From positions 5,456,001-5,520,000 of the forward strand of contig NC_043015.1 of NCBI RefSeq assembly GCF_006345805.1: 64,000 nucleotides of DNA, in the 5' to 3' direction. Under the pieces are notes generated by a model, which saw nothing but the letters and a program-made list of their open reading frames with translations, had not been told where the DNA came from and made no database searches. Both the position numbers and the translations under genes were made by a program. Below are positions 12,561 to 25,085 of the stretch, piece after piece. Each line of letters begins with the position of its first letter. Within the stretch, counting starts at the first letter, position 1. The DNA is from Octopus sinensis (Eukaryota).

Positions 12561-13499
12561 GGATTAAATAATCTTTACCAACACGAATAAGATTTCTGTG
12601 CTTTTCCACTTTAAGTCTTATTTTAGATTTACCAACACATGGAATCTCCTTCCGAAATTTTTTTTACCTATGAATACACACAGACAGACATACTTATGAA
12701 CCATATATGTATACATATATTTTATATATCTATGAATCTATGTATGTATGAATGCATGAATACATGAATATATCCATGTATGTATTTATTAGAATATATG
12801 CGAGTTGCGGTATGTGTTGGTTTATGTATAAATATTGCATCATAAATGGTATGAAAGCTTTGGCAGCATTTCATTTAATCGTCTATATTCGATAAATAAA
12901 TATAAGTATTGCCTTCACCGTTTATGCTTCTTTTTGTTTCATCAAATTTCTATCTCAAATCTCATCAACACTTTGATGATATTTGCTAATATGGTGAAGG
13001 TGACAATGAAGACTGAATTATTTGTCTAAACTTATTCTTTCCGTTTGTAGCACCACCCTAAATTATTCTCATTATTTTTTTCTGGTGTTTGCTTTTCTAG
13101 TTTCAATATTAAAATAACAATGCTTTGATGTATAGAATATATATTTCGCATTACGTTTCAATAACGTGATATATTCTTTAGTCTATAAAGATGAAAGAAA
13201 ATGTAAAAAAAAATCTATGATTCATATAAATTATCATAGGAAGAAATTATACTTAGTGTATTGTGCCAAAAATATATTGATATATTTTTGTTTATTTGCT
13301 TTTGTAAGATTATTTATTTGTTTTTCGACAGGCATGACATATGACAATTGAAATGAGTAGAATTCGCTACAATCTTTCTTTTCCTCGATCATTAAGACTC
13401 TGTTTGGCTTTGTTCCAGGAGATGATTGTTGTCGAGTGTGGACAGATTTTATTCAGTAATTTTCTTAGCTCTGTAGAGAAAACAAATGAACTCCAATAT

Positions 13500-13512
13500 A
13501 CATACATACATA

Positions 13513-13600
<88 letters not shown>

Positions 13601-13720
13601 GTATATATATACATATATATATATATATATACGTGTATATATATATATAATATATATATATATATGTATACATATAGATAACATATCTATATCTATATAT
13701 ATATACATGTAGTATGTATA
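13500..13720. repeat. (TA)n-rich microsatellite
   Basis: Directly visible. Confidence 0.97.
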
Positions 13721-14208
13721 TATACAAGATATTCAGACACATAGTCAAATAAATAAATTTGCCAGTATACAAACTCACTCTGCGACGAATTACACATAGA
13801 TGCACACTGGCCAAGTGGTGATATATATTTATATAACTTCGTGTAATTATTACATGAGAAGAGAAAAAGAACTATCTGCTCCCAATATTTACCTTAATGA
13901 GGTCATTATTTGTTTTCATCTCACAGAGTAGATTTTTTTAATTCATTAAAGGGATAGAAATCGATGTTAGAGTTTATATAACGGGGGTGGATTTTTAAAC
14001 GATAAAGCCTAAGAAAAAAATAGGTTGTATAAGTTAGGGTGCAATTGAAAGGAATGCAGAATATGGTGGTTGTTAAGCGAATACTTCAACACTACAGTCA
14101 TTTTTGGAGAGGCATGTCTCATTATAAAAATACATGAATAATCGTTATAACTCTCCGTATAGATAATACAAGTCATGCGATATGACTGTAGACACAAATA
14201 TATATATA

Positions 14209-14420
14209 TACTCTTTTTACTCTTTTACTTGTTTCAGTCATTTGACTGCGGCCATGCTGGAGCACCGCCTTTAATCGAGCAACTCGACCCCGGGACTTAT
14301 TCTTTTGTAAACCCAGTACTTATTCTATCGGTCTCTTTTGCCGAGGCGCTAAGTAACAGAGACACAAACACACCAGCATCGGTTGTCAAGCAATGCTAGG
14401 GTTCAAACACAGACGCACAA

Positions 14421-14459
<39 letters not shown>

Positions 14460-14631
14460 CATATATACGACGGGCTTCTTTCAGTTTCCGTCTACTAAAT
14501 CCACTCACAAGGCTTAGGTCGGCCCGAGGCTATAGTAGAAGACACTTGCCCAAGGTGCCACGCAGTGGGACTGAACCCGAAATCATGTGGTTGGTAAATA
14601 AGCTACTTACCACACAGCCACTTCTGCGCCT
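14209..14631 (-). mobile_element. SINE family A (OK-like), full length
   Basis: Colinear with 8467-8888 and 44804-45240. Confidence 0.92.
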
Positions 14632-14634
14632 ATG

Positions 14635-14935
14635 GAATATATATAGTTATTCCAAACATGAAAACACAAGTAGAAAACACAACAACACGAGGACGTGGAA
14701 CAAGTATAGTGTTATTGGACGCTCAGAAAAAGAAAGGCAGAAGGAGGATTTAACGTTTCGAGCGGAGCACTTCGTCAGAAACATAGAAACAGAAAAGATA
14801 CAAGGAAAGGAAGACGGAGGAAAAAAATTGCCTACGATACACACACGGTCGCATATTGAATGACCGGAAGGGAATGCGTGAAGGACAACATCTACGCAAT
14901 CAATACGAATTTCGAAGCATAATTTAAAGCACACA
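14635..14935 (-). mobile_element. PLE-type terminal repeat/tail containing a minimal hammerhead ribozyme
   Basis: Minus strand GTTT-CTGACGA-A-GTGC-TCC-GCTC-GAAA-CGTT-AAAT at 14748-14782; homologous to 45430-45665. Confidence 0.75.
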
Positions 14936-16014
14936 AGAAAATAAATATACATACAAATTACATGTAAATGTTAAATGTGAACACTATGCAGCATGTACAT
15001 TGAATTCACTTTTACACATACATTTACGTTGCAATATTTTCTGTTGCACTTCCAAAATATCTCGAGGAAGTTTACCTCTTGTAATAATGTAAATACACCT
15101 CCTACAATTAGGTTTAAACGGCATTTTTATCTGGTCCGTTCATTGAAATTACCAAACAAACAATAAATGATTTTTTGTCCATTTGGAAATTGGAAATCTT
15201 AAATTTTGGGGTTACTTTATCGTTTTATTATTTTTTTTTACATATTTAAGGAATTAATGCTGAAATTTGCCTATCAGTTCTACGTTAGGCAAAATTTTAA
15301 TTGTACCAGGATTTGGTATAATTTCACATATCGTTTCCCATTATTCTTTAAAAATAATTTTCTCATATTTAATTATCTACTAATTTATACAATTATTATT
15401 CTTCCTATATTTATTACATTTTCTATAAAATCAACCTTTTTTACATATTCATTAACAGAACAAAATATACACATAAACAAAGAAAAATATGTTCACCATA
15501 ATGTTAATTTTATCTCTAGCAGAACTACTCTTATATTCTATGATGCACAGAAGCAAGATTTCATTTCTACTAATATACTGACCCGCTATAATTTTAATAA
15601 CGTTATTGTATCCAAGATTGAGGAGACACGAAATCGACAGAGAAATTAATGCAGGATAGAAATATCTAAAGATCCAGATATGATATTTTACAGATTCTAA
15701 ATTTATAAACGAATCACATCTTTTGCTGAGTCAATGCAAAGTTTAGGATCTGTAAACGTAATTTTATTACAATATTTCTTTGTGATTCAAACGTTTGAAA
15801 CGAATTTGTTTCATTGTTTCAAAAGTTTTCAATCCACAAAAGAAAAGGAAAATGCTGATGTAACTTGTTTTTCTATTGCAAATTACATTGTTTCCAGGGA
15901 GCTATTGAATTCGCAAACTCGGATATTCAGCTTTAAATCATTACACCTTTAAAATATAACTACTTGCTATTCTTATATCACGTTCTTTATTAGTTATATA
16001 TAATGTAAATTTTT

Positions 16015-16131
16015 TTATCATCATCATCATCATGGTCATCATCATCAGCATCATCATCATCGTTGTTATTGCTGTTGTTGTTACTGTCGTTATTATCATT
16101 ATTGTTATTGTTGTTATTATTATCATTATTA

Positions 16132-16176
<45 letters not shown>

Positions 16177-16196
16177 TATTATTATCATTATTATTG
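16015..16196. repeat. Mixed (ATC)/(GTT)/(ATT) trinucleotide microsatellite
   Basis: Directly visible. Confidence 0.95.
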
Positions 16197-16429
16197 TGAC
16201 AGTGATATCAGGAAACGATGTTATATTGTCCATACTGATTAAATAGCACGTTTACGTGGCAAAATCAAGTGTAACATGAAATAAGTTGTCTTGCTATACA
16301 TAAGAACGTAACCTCATTCAAATTTGTAGAATTATCCAATAAATTTGGCGCTTGCCGAGTGTTTGGGCTAAAATGCAAATGAAATTATAGCCAAGGAAAC
16401 GTTTAACCACATAGCTGAAAAGAGAAAAG

Positions 16430-17350
16430 AAGACCTTCTTCAAATGAGAATACATGGACTGTTTGAAATAAATATACAAAACGTTAATGATAATTCTGCA
16501 TCGTGGGCATGGCTTGAGCGAGGTAATTTGAAGAGTAACAGCGAAGGCCTGATCATGGTTGCACAAAACCAGGCTCTCGCTACCAATTCAGAGAAGTATA
16601 ACATCGATAAGTCTTCTGACACATAGAAATGCAAACTATGTGGAGAGTGTGTGTAATGTGTGACCAACTTGGTAAATGGATGTGAAAGCCTTGCACAACA
16701 ATAATACAAGCGCCGTCACGATAAAGCGTGTGTATGTATCTTCATCGACAATCATGCTGCAAACATCCTATGGAATTTTATGTTTCAATACCACCATGAG
16801 ATAGAAGACATAGTGTTAATTAAGAAAGAAAAATATTGGCCGTAAATACCAATATGAAGTAACAGAGAACTGGTATGAGCATGTACCAAATAAAGTTATG
16901 CAGGTGGATGGAAAAGTAATCATACTCTGTGACTATGATTTTCAGAAAGATCGTGTAATCGAACACCGTCTGACGGATATGTCGTATTGAATAAAAGAGT
17001 TGAATACTGTCAGATCATTGATGTAGCCATACCAAATGACATGAATGTTGTGAGTAAAGTGATTGAAAATATCACCAAGTACTCCGAATTGGAAGTGGAA
17101 ATGTCAAGACTGTATGGAATGATATTAGTGGCGATCGGATCGTTGGACTCAATCCCATTGAAACTTCAAGACGTTAAAGTCAACTGGAAATTCCATGCAA
17201 GATTGATGTCTTGCAAAAAGCAGCCTTATTGGGCACAGCCCACAACTTGAGGAAAGTATTATCTGTCTGAGGTCCTTCTTGTGACTTGACAGATGACTAA
17301 AGACTCCGGTGCATATTTACCTGCACTGTGTTACGAAGGAATAAGAACAA
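16430..17350 (+). mobile_element. 3' part of an RLE-class non-LTR retrotransposon (R4/Dong-like), degenerate
   Basis: Translates as MHGLF..SWAWLERGNLKSNSEGLIMVAQNQAL..KCKLCGE..VTNLVNGCESLAQQ*YKRRHDK (CCHC knuckle), then WYEHVPNKV.., and IIDVAIPNDMNVVSK (PD-(D/E)xK REL nuclease). It ends in an (AAT)n tail. Confidence 0.85.
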
Positions 17351-17356
17351 TAAGAT

Positions 17357-17369
17357 TAATAATAATAAT

Positions 17370-17413
<44 letters not shown>

Positions 17414-17424
17414 TAATAATAATA

Positions 17425-17455
<31 letters not shown>

Positions 17456-17472
17456 TAATAACAATAATAATA

Positions 17473-17556
<84 letters not shown>
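17357..17556. repeat. (AAT)n microsatellite
   Basis: About 200 bp of AAT with few interruptions. Confidence 0.98.
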
Positions 17557-17558
<2 letters not shown>

Positions 17559-17900
17559 GCCCTGATGCAGTACCAGGCAATGGCTCTTAACTGGTATAAA
17601 AGATGGGCTACAGAAAATATTCTGCTCAATACCACAGATTTGCTTGTCAGTTGTTTGGCCTTAGCCAGTTGACCATGTCCCTTGGTGGCTGACGATGTGT
17701 GCATCCCTGATCATGAGCAGAGGTAGTGGGGAACATCATAGCCGTGTGTTGAAAGGAATTCTTAGAAGCTTGGTTCGTTCAACATCCTTGAACAATCCTT
17801 ATCTAGAGACCTTTTGAGCAGGAGGGGCTACACGACCAGAAGTAAATTCTAACTGGGCCCCACCTTCAAGGTCAGGCGCTGTTCATCTTGATATGAGAAT
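17557..17900 (-). mobile_element. 3' end of a CR1/L2-like LINE or LINE-derived SINE
   Basis: The minus strand has a weak ..NLL...KRSLDK C-terminal remnant, then a 3' UTR ending GCCATTGCCTGGTACTGCATCAGGGCA-(TTA)n with a terminal stem-loop. Confidence 0.5.
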
Positions 17901-19710
17901 ACTATGTCGCGCACGTATGTTTGTGATGCATGTACTTGTTGTACTCTTATCAGACGGGTAGTCATGATGGGTATAATGGGCTTCGTATATTTTGCCCCAA
18001 TGTCACTTTGATGGCATGCACTGCTCGCTCAGTCAATAATAATAATAATAATAATAAATATAGTGGTATCTTAAAAACGAGAACCTTTCTTGTTATTGCG
18101 GGGATTCTCACTTTCACATTTGGATCTGGGCAGGAAGTATTTAAATATTTAGAAGCACCATGTACGTGACATTCTAAAATCAACAGCCACTTATAGTGGT
18201 TTTCTCTCTTGTAACTAAGTGTTGTCTATAATGTCCAGGAAAATGGAGCCTAGATGTTATACATGTATCCAGTAAGACCTTTGTAACATTAAGGAAAGGA
18301 GAAGCAGAAGAGGGAAGAAGAGGGGAGTTTAACTTAAAACAAGGTTGAAACATATATATGCTGGCTATTTCTGTTACAGATACGACAAAATTATTTGAAA
18401 CAAAATATATTTGACACAATTCCCATAATTTTTTTTTCTTTTTTCGGTCAAGAATACAACTTATTTTGCTTTGCGAAAAATAAATGTAGGGGAGTATTCT
18501 CTGAAGAATAAACTGGCCTCTCTAATATTTGATACACACCAACTATTCACATGATATTAAGCTACAATCACATTCTTCTTTAGACGAAATATTTTCGTTT
18601 TACGTAGGCAAACAAAGTGATGCACAGTCACCTGCTTCTTTCAGTATCAGAGAGTTTTGTGTAAACAAGTTAACTGTTTCCGATATCATCGCCATTTCAT
18701 ATAGGCATCGTAATCCAACCAATTTATTGGATGCATGTTTTCATTTGCTTATCACTCACTCGTTCCATGGGTGAATGATATTATTGTGAAGCCACTTTGA
18801 TATATGAAACAATAAATTCGACTTTATTGCATGTGTGTTTTGAAAGAGATAAAAGGAAATGTCATTGTAAAAACATATATAGACACATGGCAAAAAGTTC
18901 TTGAAAAGAAAGATAAATTTTAGAAAGGAAACAGTCGAATTCGGTATATTGGTAGTAAGGCATAACTAATGTTTTCTGAAATTCTTTTGACGTATAATTG
19001 TTTTGAGATGGAATATAATTTAATACTTTAAGTAAAATTACTTATTTTGCATCACAAATAATCTCAGAATTCAACAGAATTTAGAAGTAATGACGTACGA
19101 TGTTCATTAGGTTTGGGGATAATACGTATGTAAAGATGTGTTAATTGGGATACAAACGAAAAGGCTTAAAGTACAGTAAATAATCTGTTTGTCAGTAAAT
19201 ATTCCATACGAAATGTCAGTAGATAGTTTTAATGAAGGCTTATAAATGCGTGCCTGTGTGCATTTGTTGCTCAGAAGATAATGAGTAAAATGCAAACATT
19301 TATTTTCATGACACTTCGTTAAAAACAAATAAAGCTAAATACATGAGATACCTCGAAAAATACTTTTTTTCTAAAAAAGCATTAATAAAGGTAGACAACA
19401 ATGCTAAATGGCATCTCGAGCTGTGATAAATATTGCTGCGTAATCTTAAAGGAAACGTAGGAAAAAATATAAATGCACAGGCATTCACATACATACTCAG
19501 CTATACACCCACCATCTCTCCATGCTTGTGTGTGCAAAGGCATATGTGTGTGCGCGAGCGTGTGTGGGAGTGTGTGTCTGTGTACATATATATATATATT
19601 CATATATGCATGTATAGCTACATGCATGCATACACAAATTGTCAAAGGAAACTACAAAACGTTTCAATAAATTCCAAATTAATGACTACTACATGTATAT
19701 TTTTTTTTTT

Positions 19711-20020
19711 GAGGCGCAATGGTCCAGTGGTTAGGGCAGCGGACTCGCGTTCGGAGGATCGTGGTTTCGATTCCCAGACCGGGCGTTGTGAGTGTTTATT
19801 GATTGAAAAACACATAAAGGTCCACGAGGCTGCGGCAGGGGGTGGTGGCGACCCCTGTTGTACTCTTTCGCCCCAACTTTCTCTTACTCTTTCTTCCTAT
19901 TTCATGAGTAACACTGCGATGGACTGGCGTCCCGTCCAGCTGGAGGGGTGACATATACACCACAGAAACTGTGAAACCGGGCCCATGATCCTGGCTAGGC
20001 TTGATAAGGGCGCATAAATA
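19711..20020 (+). mobile_element. SINE family B head and body with an alternative 3' tail
   Basis: The first ~180 bp are homologous to 7198-7585 and 39337-39691. It then switches to GCGATGGACTGGCGTCCCGTCCAGCTGG...GGCTTGATAAGGGCGCATAAATAAA. Confidence 0.85.
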
Positions 20021-20428
20021 AAAATATTTTTTTTAATACATGCACATATGAGTATGCACACAGTGCCGCAACATGCAAATAATACATGTCTAATGTACGT
20101 CTGTCGTATACTATCTCATCATGCATACTTTTAAGATAGCCGTGTATTATGCACAGGTATACTTCCAAGTGCAAAAAATATTGTTGTATACTGGTCAATA
20201 TAATCTGCAAAACTACTGCTAAAACCTGAGGGAAGTAATTTACCATGGTCTATTATATTACATAGGAGGAACTATTTAACGACCCATGTATATCTGTAGG
20301 AGAATCATAATATAAATTTAGAATGAACACTATGTCACACTTCAAGATAGGCAATTGTTAAGTGATTCTTTGGATTGATATATTTAAGTAAGATAATTCT
20401 GTCCTATATTTTAGAGATGAGGGTCTCC

Positions 20429-20592
20429 TTACGTTATTTACATGGGACCGATATGCATCGTCATCTTGTTTTATGTCGCCGCCACGTTTTGGATGATTTA
20501 CACTCCATCCTTCATCAGATGCCCTCGTAAAATTTCGAATTGGGTTCTCATTCATAAGATATTTTTTACTGATGTTGTTGTTGTTATTGTTG

Positions 20593-20660
<68 letters not shown>

Positions 20661-20740
20661 GTTGTTGTTGTTGTTATTATTATTATTATTATTATTATTT
20701 ATTATTATTATTATTATTATTATCATTATTATCATTATTA

Positions 20741-20780
<40 letters not shown>

Positions 20781-20856
20781 CATTATTATCATTATCATTA
20801 TTATTATTATTATATTATTATTATTATTATTATTATTATTATCATTATTATTTTTA

Positions 20857-20887
<31 letters not shown>

Positions 20888-21035
20888 CATTATTATTATT
20901 ATTATTATTATCTTTATTATCATTATCATTATTATCATTATTATTATTATCATTAATTCAAGACACTGCCTAGAACTGAACTCGCAATCTTGGGGTTAGT
21001 ATACCGCGATCTTAACCATTACGCTATACGCCAGT
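20429..21035 (-). mobile_element. SINE family D copy 1: tRNA-like head, (AAT)n, hammerhead-type tail
   Basis: The head at 21035-20959 has an A-box (TAGCGTAATGG) and a B-box (GAGTTCAGTTCT). It is followed by ~390 bp (AAT)n, then a tail with CTGATGA-A-GGATG..CATCC-AAAA-CG at 20518-20485 that ends ATGTAAATAACGTAA. Confidence 0.8.
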
Positions 21036-21109
21036 ATGCAATTATAGAATGGGCAGTTGCAGAGAGGAAGTTGTAACATATCTTAATCAAGAACAAAGGT
21101 CACTACATA

Positions 21110-22128
21110 CGAATAAAGTACAGACAACTGACCCAACACTAGAATAAGCTACCTCACATGTACGGTCTCCCTAATATGGTATTCCATTAAGATCCACAGT
21201 GAGCGGTAGAGATTCGGTATGTCGTCCACTGAGGGTTTAGCTATGGGTTCACTATTATCATCAATAATAGTCAATATATGCATGGAATGCTTTGAAAATT
21301 TGGCTTTAGTTCAACAACACTAAAGCCAATCCTATGGCTTCAATCCGTTAATGACACCTTTATACTCTGGTCCCACCAGGAAGATGTCCAAGTACTGCTA
21401 TATCATGTAAACTCAATGCACAATCCTTACAGTTCACAATGGAAAAGGAAAAAAAGACAATCAACTAGCATGTCTGGATCTATTAATAACACGGAATAAG
21501 GATGGGTTCAGGGCATCCGTAGACCGCAAGCCAACTTCACTTGGCTTCAATTCCCACCATCCGTACAGTGTAAAGAGAGACATGCCTCATAGCCTAAAAC
21601 GTCGATCAAAGTATATGAGTAGCGATCCTGATACACACCACGAAGAAATGATCAAGCTAAGTAATAATCTATTAAGCAATAGCTATCCACAAAAACAGAT
21701 TATCCATTCCAATTAGGAAGAGTGGAGAGGGTGAAACCCATAAACTGACGACGGTCTTTCTACCTTATTTGAACGACCTCTTGGAAAGGATACAAAACGT
21801 ATGCGCTCCATATGACATCAGGACGGTATTCAAGAATAATACAACACTTCACAAATATCTCCTTCGAGTAATACCACCAATAGAAGAGAATAGGACCAAA
21901 GCTTGCTTGTACTCCAGCCCATGTTGTTATGGTAGGTTATACAAAGGCGAAGCATGCCGCCCACTCAAAATATGTGTAGAGGAAATTCGTAAAGCTTTGA
22001 CACGAGGAGATGTTGAAAAATCGGTTATAGCTTGTCATGTATGGAAAAGCGGAGATAACCTATCCCTGCGGGGTGATGTTAATAAACAGAAAACGCCACT
22101 GGAACATTACTAAAATTAAATAAGCAGC
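21110..22128 (+). mobile_element. Penelope-like retroelement fragment: RT C-terminal half plus GIY-YIG endonuclease, degenerate
   Basis: Translates as PHMYGLP.., GLAMGSLLS, KPILWLQSVNDTFILWSH (YVDD region), FTMEKE..LACLDLLITR, VDRKPT..SHHPYSVKR, then ORF 21769-22113 ..CLYSSPCCYGRLYKGEACRPLKICVEE..IACHVW (GIY-YIG variant). Confidence 0.9.
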
Positions 22129-22209
22129 ACGGCCATATAGCGAAATAGTTAACAGCGCGGGATACTAAACCCAAGATTATGAGTTCAATTCCAGCCAGTG
22201 CCTTGGATA

Positions 22210-22283
<74 letters not shown>

Positions 22284-22474
22284 CAACAACAACAACAACC
22301 ACAACAACTATAATAATACTAATAATAATAATCAGCAAAAAGTCCTTAGGAATGAAAACCCAGGGTTGGGTTCAAAGTTCTACCGGGACATTTGGCTGGA
22401 GAGTAAATCAGTGGAAACGTTGTAGTAACACCAAAAAGACAAGGACACTTATCCGTCCAATGTAAATAACGTAA
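22129..22474 (+). mobile_element. SINE family D copy 2: tRNA-like head, (AAT)n, hammerhead-type tail
   Basis: The head at 22129-22205 is colinear with copy 1 (~80% identity, no gaps). (AAT)n spans 22213-22332. The tail has GGCTG..CAGTG-GAAACGTT and the same ATGTAAATAACGTAA end. Confidence 0.8.
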
Positions 22475-23119
22475 ATAATCTAAGATATTACTTCTCTCTA
22501 TCAACACTTACGTAATCCCGGCGATTTGGAAAATTATTCATCTGTCGGGCATAAATTTTACAGATGTTGAATCAAAGAAGTGCCCTATACCATTTGAAAC
22601 ATTTCACACTTAATAAGCAGTTTCCCCTATGAATAGCATTGCTTTGACCTAAAACGGGTGGTAAGTATATGATGCAAAGTCAGGAAAGTACTGACGACGA
22701 CTAAAACCTCACATATTTAATGCTTTTTTTCTCATTCTCTTTCTCAATATATGCTCTTGCTTCGACGTAGATGCGCATCGCACATTTCTGATTGACCGAT
22801 ATTGTTCACTTTTTCTGTCAATTTCTGTGTAACCCTTTCGATTTTCAACAATGTTTCTTTCTTTCAGCTACTGTGTTTCGGTATTACATTTCCTGATAGA
22901 CAGTACTCTTTATATCCCATCAAATTTTTGCGGGAGCATTCCCAGTTTACGGAAGGATTCGACATTTTCAGTGGATGTAGACCATTATTGCTTCTACTTG
23001 ATATCATAAAAGAACCTCTTTTTCACGTTTCTGAGGACTCTACACTGGAATTTCTCTGCATCATGTCTATTCTTCAATGATTATCAGGAAGTAACTTTGA
23101 TTAAGATGATAATTAGTGA

Positions 23120-23390
23120 GATTGTGAGGGCAGTGACAAAATTTAGACATTTTCCAAGTCCATGACGTTTTTATGGTCAAAGTGTGAACTGTTTTGCCAA
23201 ATTCCATGCAGTTTGCTTGAGAATTTTCTCAACAAACAGTTATAAGAAGCCAAAACCTCGTCGTCCCCATCCAAAGAGTCACTGGATGAATTATCTCCCA
23301 ACTAGAACTTGCTGAAGCAACGTTGGCATATATTTCATTTCACTAGACACAACACATATTTCTTGCCCCTTTTATTACTGAGGAACCACT
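23120..23390 (-). mobile_element. Mariner transposase N-terminal (HTH) remnant
   Basis: The minus strand gives GARNMCCV..ICQRCFSKF*LGD..DDEVL..VEKILKQTAWNLAKQF..HGLGK, matching AARNICAVY..CQRWF.KFRSGD..VE.NP.QT..ELA. Confidence 0.6.
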
Positions 23391-24758
23391 TTTGAATTTT
23401 TCATGTATGCAGTATCTGACGTGGGTGTGGGATAAACTCATTTTAAAAGAGCAAATTCGTGACACATTTACTCATTATTGTATAAATCATTAGCAGGAAA
23501 AGAGAAAACGGAATATAAAAATGAATGCTTATATTACAAAAACGTAATCTCATAGCGTTCATATAAAAACGCAACTGTTCTGTCATTGCAAACCAATATA
23601 TTACGCTTTATCTGTTTTCCTTTCTGAACTATAAGATAATTGAATGTATGAAATATGAATGCCTACGCATATTTACCTATAAGTTTGTTTAAAAACATAC
23701 GCCTCTACAGGTTTGCAAATAATATACATGTATGTAAAAATGTATATAAATCATAATATTTTATAATATATTATAATATAATATAATATAAAAATTATTG
23801 AGTTTCATGCGTGATGCTAGTCGACAATTTGAATGAAAGAAGCTGATTGTTATTACCGTAAAGTGGGCTGCGATTGGTCGAGGAAGTTCACGCTGTGTTG
23901 TGGTTTGATATTGGTATGTAGCTAACAGTTAGTTAGAAAACACAGAATGGCGAACAGGATATTGTCTACATGGAGGACAGGAATAGATCACGTGGCGACT
24001 GGGAAATCGGTCTTTTTGTCGAGCACAATTCCTCCTTAGATAAAATGTTACCATCGAAAGAAGCAGGGAAATTATCACTATTTCATTTTGTGATAAAATA
24101 CAGAGTGTTCAAATTATTTTCATCCTGCGCATGTTTTCAAAAATGTGTAGAATAGTCAACTTATGTACTGAAAATGGAGGAAGACGCTTTCAACACCTCT
24201 TATAAATCTTGTACAGTCTAATATATTATTTTTCAGTCTTATACCATCTTATAAATATTTACCTTATAATAATAAAAAATTACTGCAGAGAGACGTTTTG
24301 AACACCCTATATATTTGAGAAAAAATGTCTTAAAGTTACTGCTAGCTTAGGACAAATTGGCAATAACTAGATCAATAATCACATACATACGTTCATTACA
24401 GGTAAAATTTTTATGTTCAAGTAATTCGAAGCTATGTCGCTATGTTGCTTTTTGAAACAAAAATAAAATTTAGAATAGAAATATACATATTACATATAAT
24501 CTTAATAGGAAGCGAAAACCGTATAAAAGTAGACAGGAGAGAAAATATGAAATAGACAAACAGCCTAAGTAAAACAAATCGTATAATTCTTCCTTTTTTT
24601 TAACTAAAGAAACACTTGATGAGCAAAGTGATTCCATCCTTCGGGAATTACTTCTATTAATGCTCGGACTTTTATGAATAAGAAATCTCAATCAATTGCA
24701 TACACTTTTTAACAAATTATGAGTACGTAATATAATGCAAGCAAACTTGATGCAAAAT

Positions 24759-24894
24759 GTCGTAGTTGTGTGGTAAGAAGCTTAGTTACCAACCACATGG
24801 TTCCGGGTTCAGTCCGGTCAAGTGTCTTCTATTGTAGTTTTTGGTTTACCAGAGACTACTGAGTGGATTTGGTAGACGGAAACTGAGACATCCG

Positions 24895-24936
<42 letters not shown>

Positions 24937-25085
24937 CGAGAGAGAGAGAGAGAAAGAAAGAAATGGAGAGAGAGAAAGAAATAGAGAGAGAGAGAGAGAT
25001 CTATGTACGTGTTTTATGTCCGTGTTTCACCATGCAGTGCCCAGCGTGGCCACAGTAAAATGACTGAAACAGGTAGAAGGAAAAA
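24759..25085 (+). mobile_element. SINE family A, diverged and deleted copy
   Basis: Head GTTGTGTGGTAAGAAGCTT..GGTTCAGTCC; GAGTGGATTTGGTAGACGGAAACTG; tail GTGGCCACAGTAAAATGACTGAAAC. Confidence 0.85.

Noticed and set aside
14209-14935. Adjacency of SINE A and the HHR tail element (also 44804-45665)
   Set aside because: Order and spacing differ between the two loci, consistent with independent insertions in a repeat-dense region.
17293-17704. Poly-N/I/L ORFs here and at 20358-20999 and 22198-22425
   Set aside because: They are translations of (AAT)n tracts.
22129-22205. tRNA-like sequences at SINE heads (also 7510-7585, 19711, 20959-21035, 39340)
   Set aside because: No complete acceptor stem or terminator, and each continues into a SINE body, so they are not tRNA genes.
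23935-24155. Promoter-like patch (reverse CCAAT) with short ATG ORFs
   Set aside because: The ORFs are 30-61 aa with no recognisable domain or convincing splice donor.
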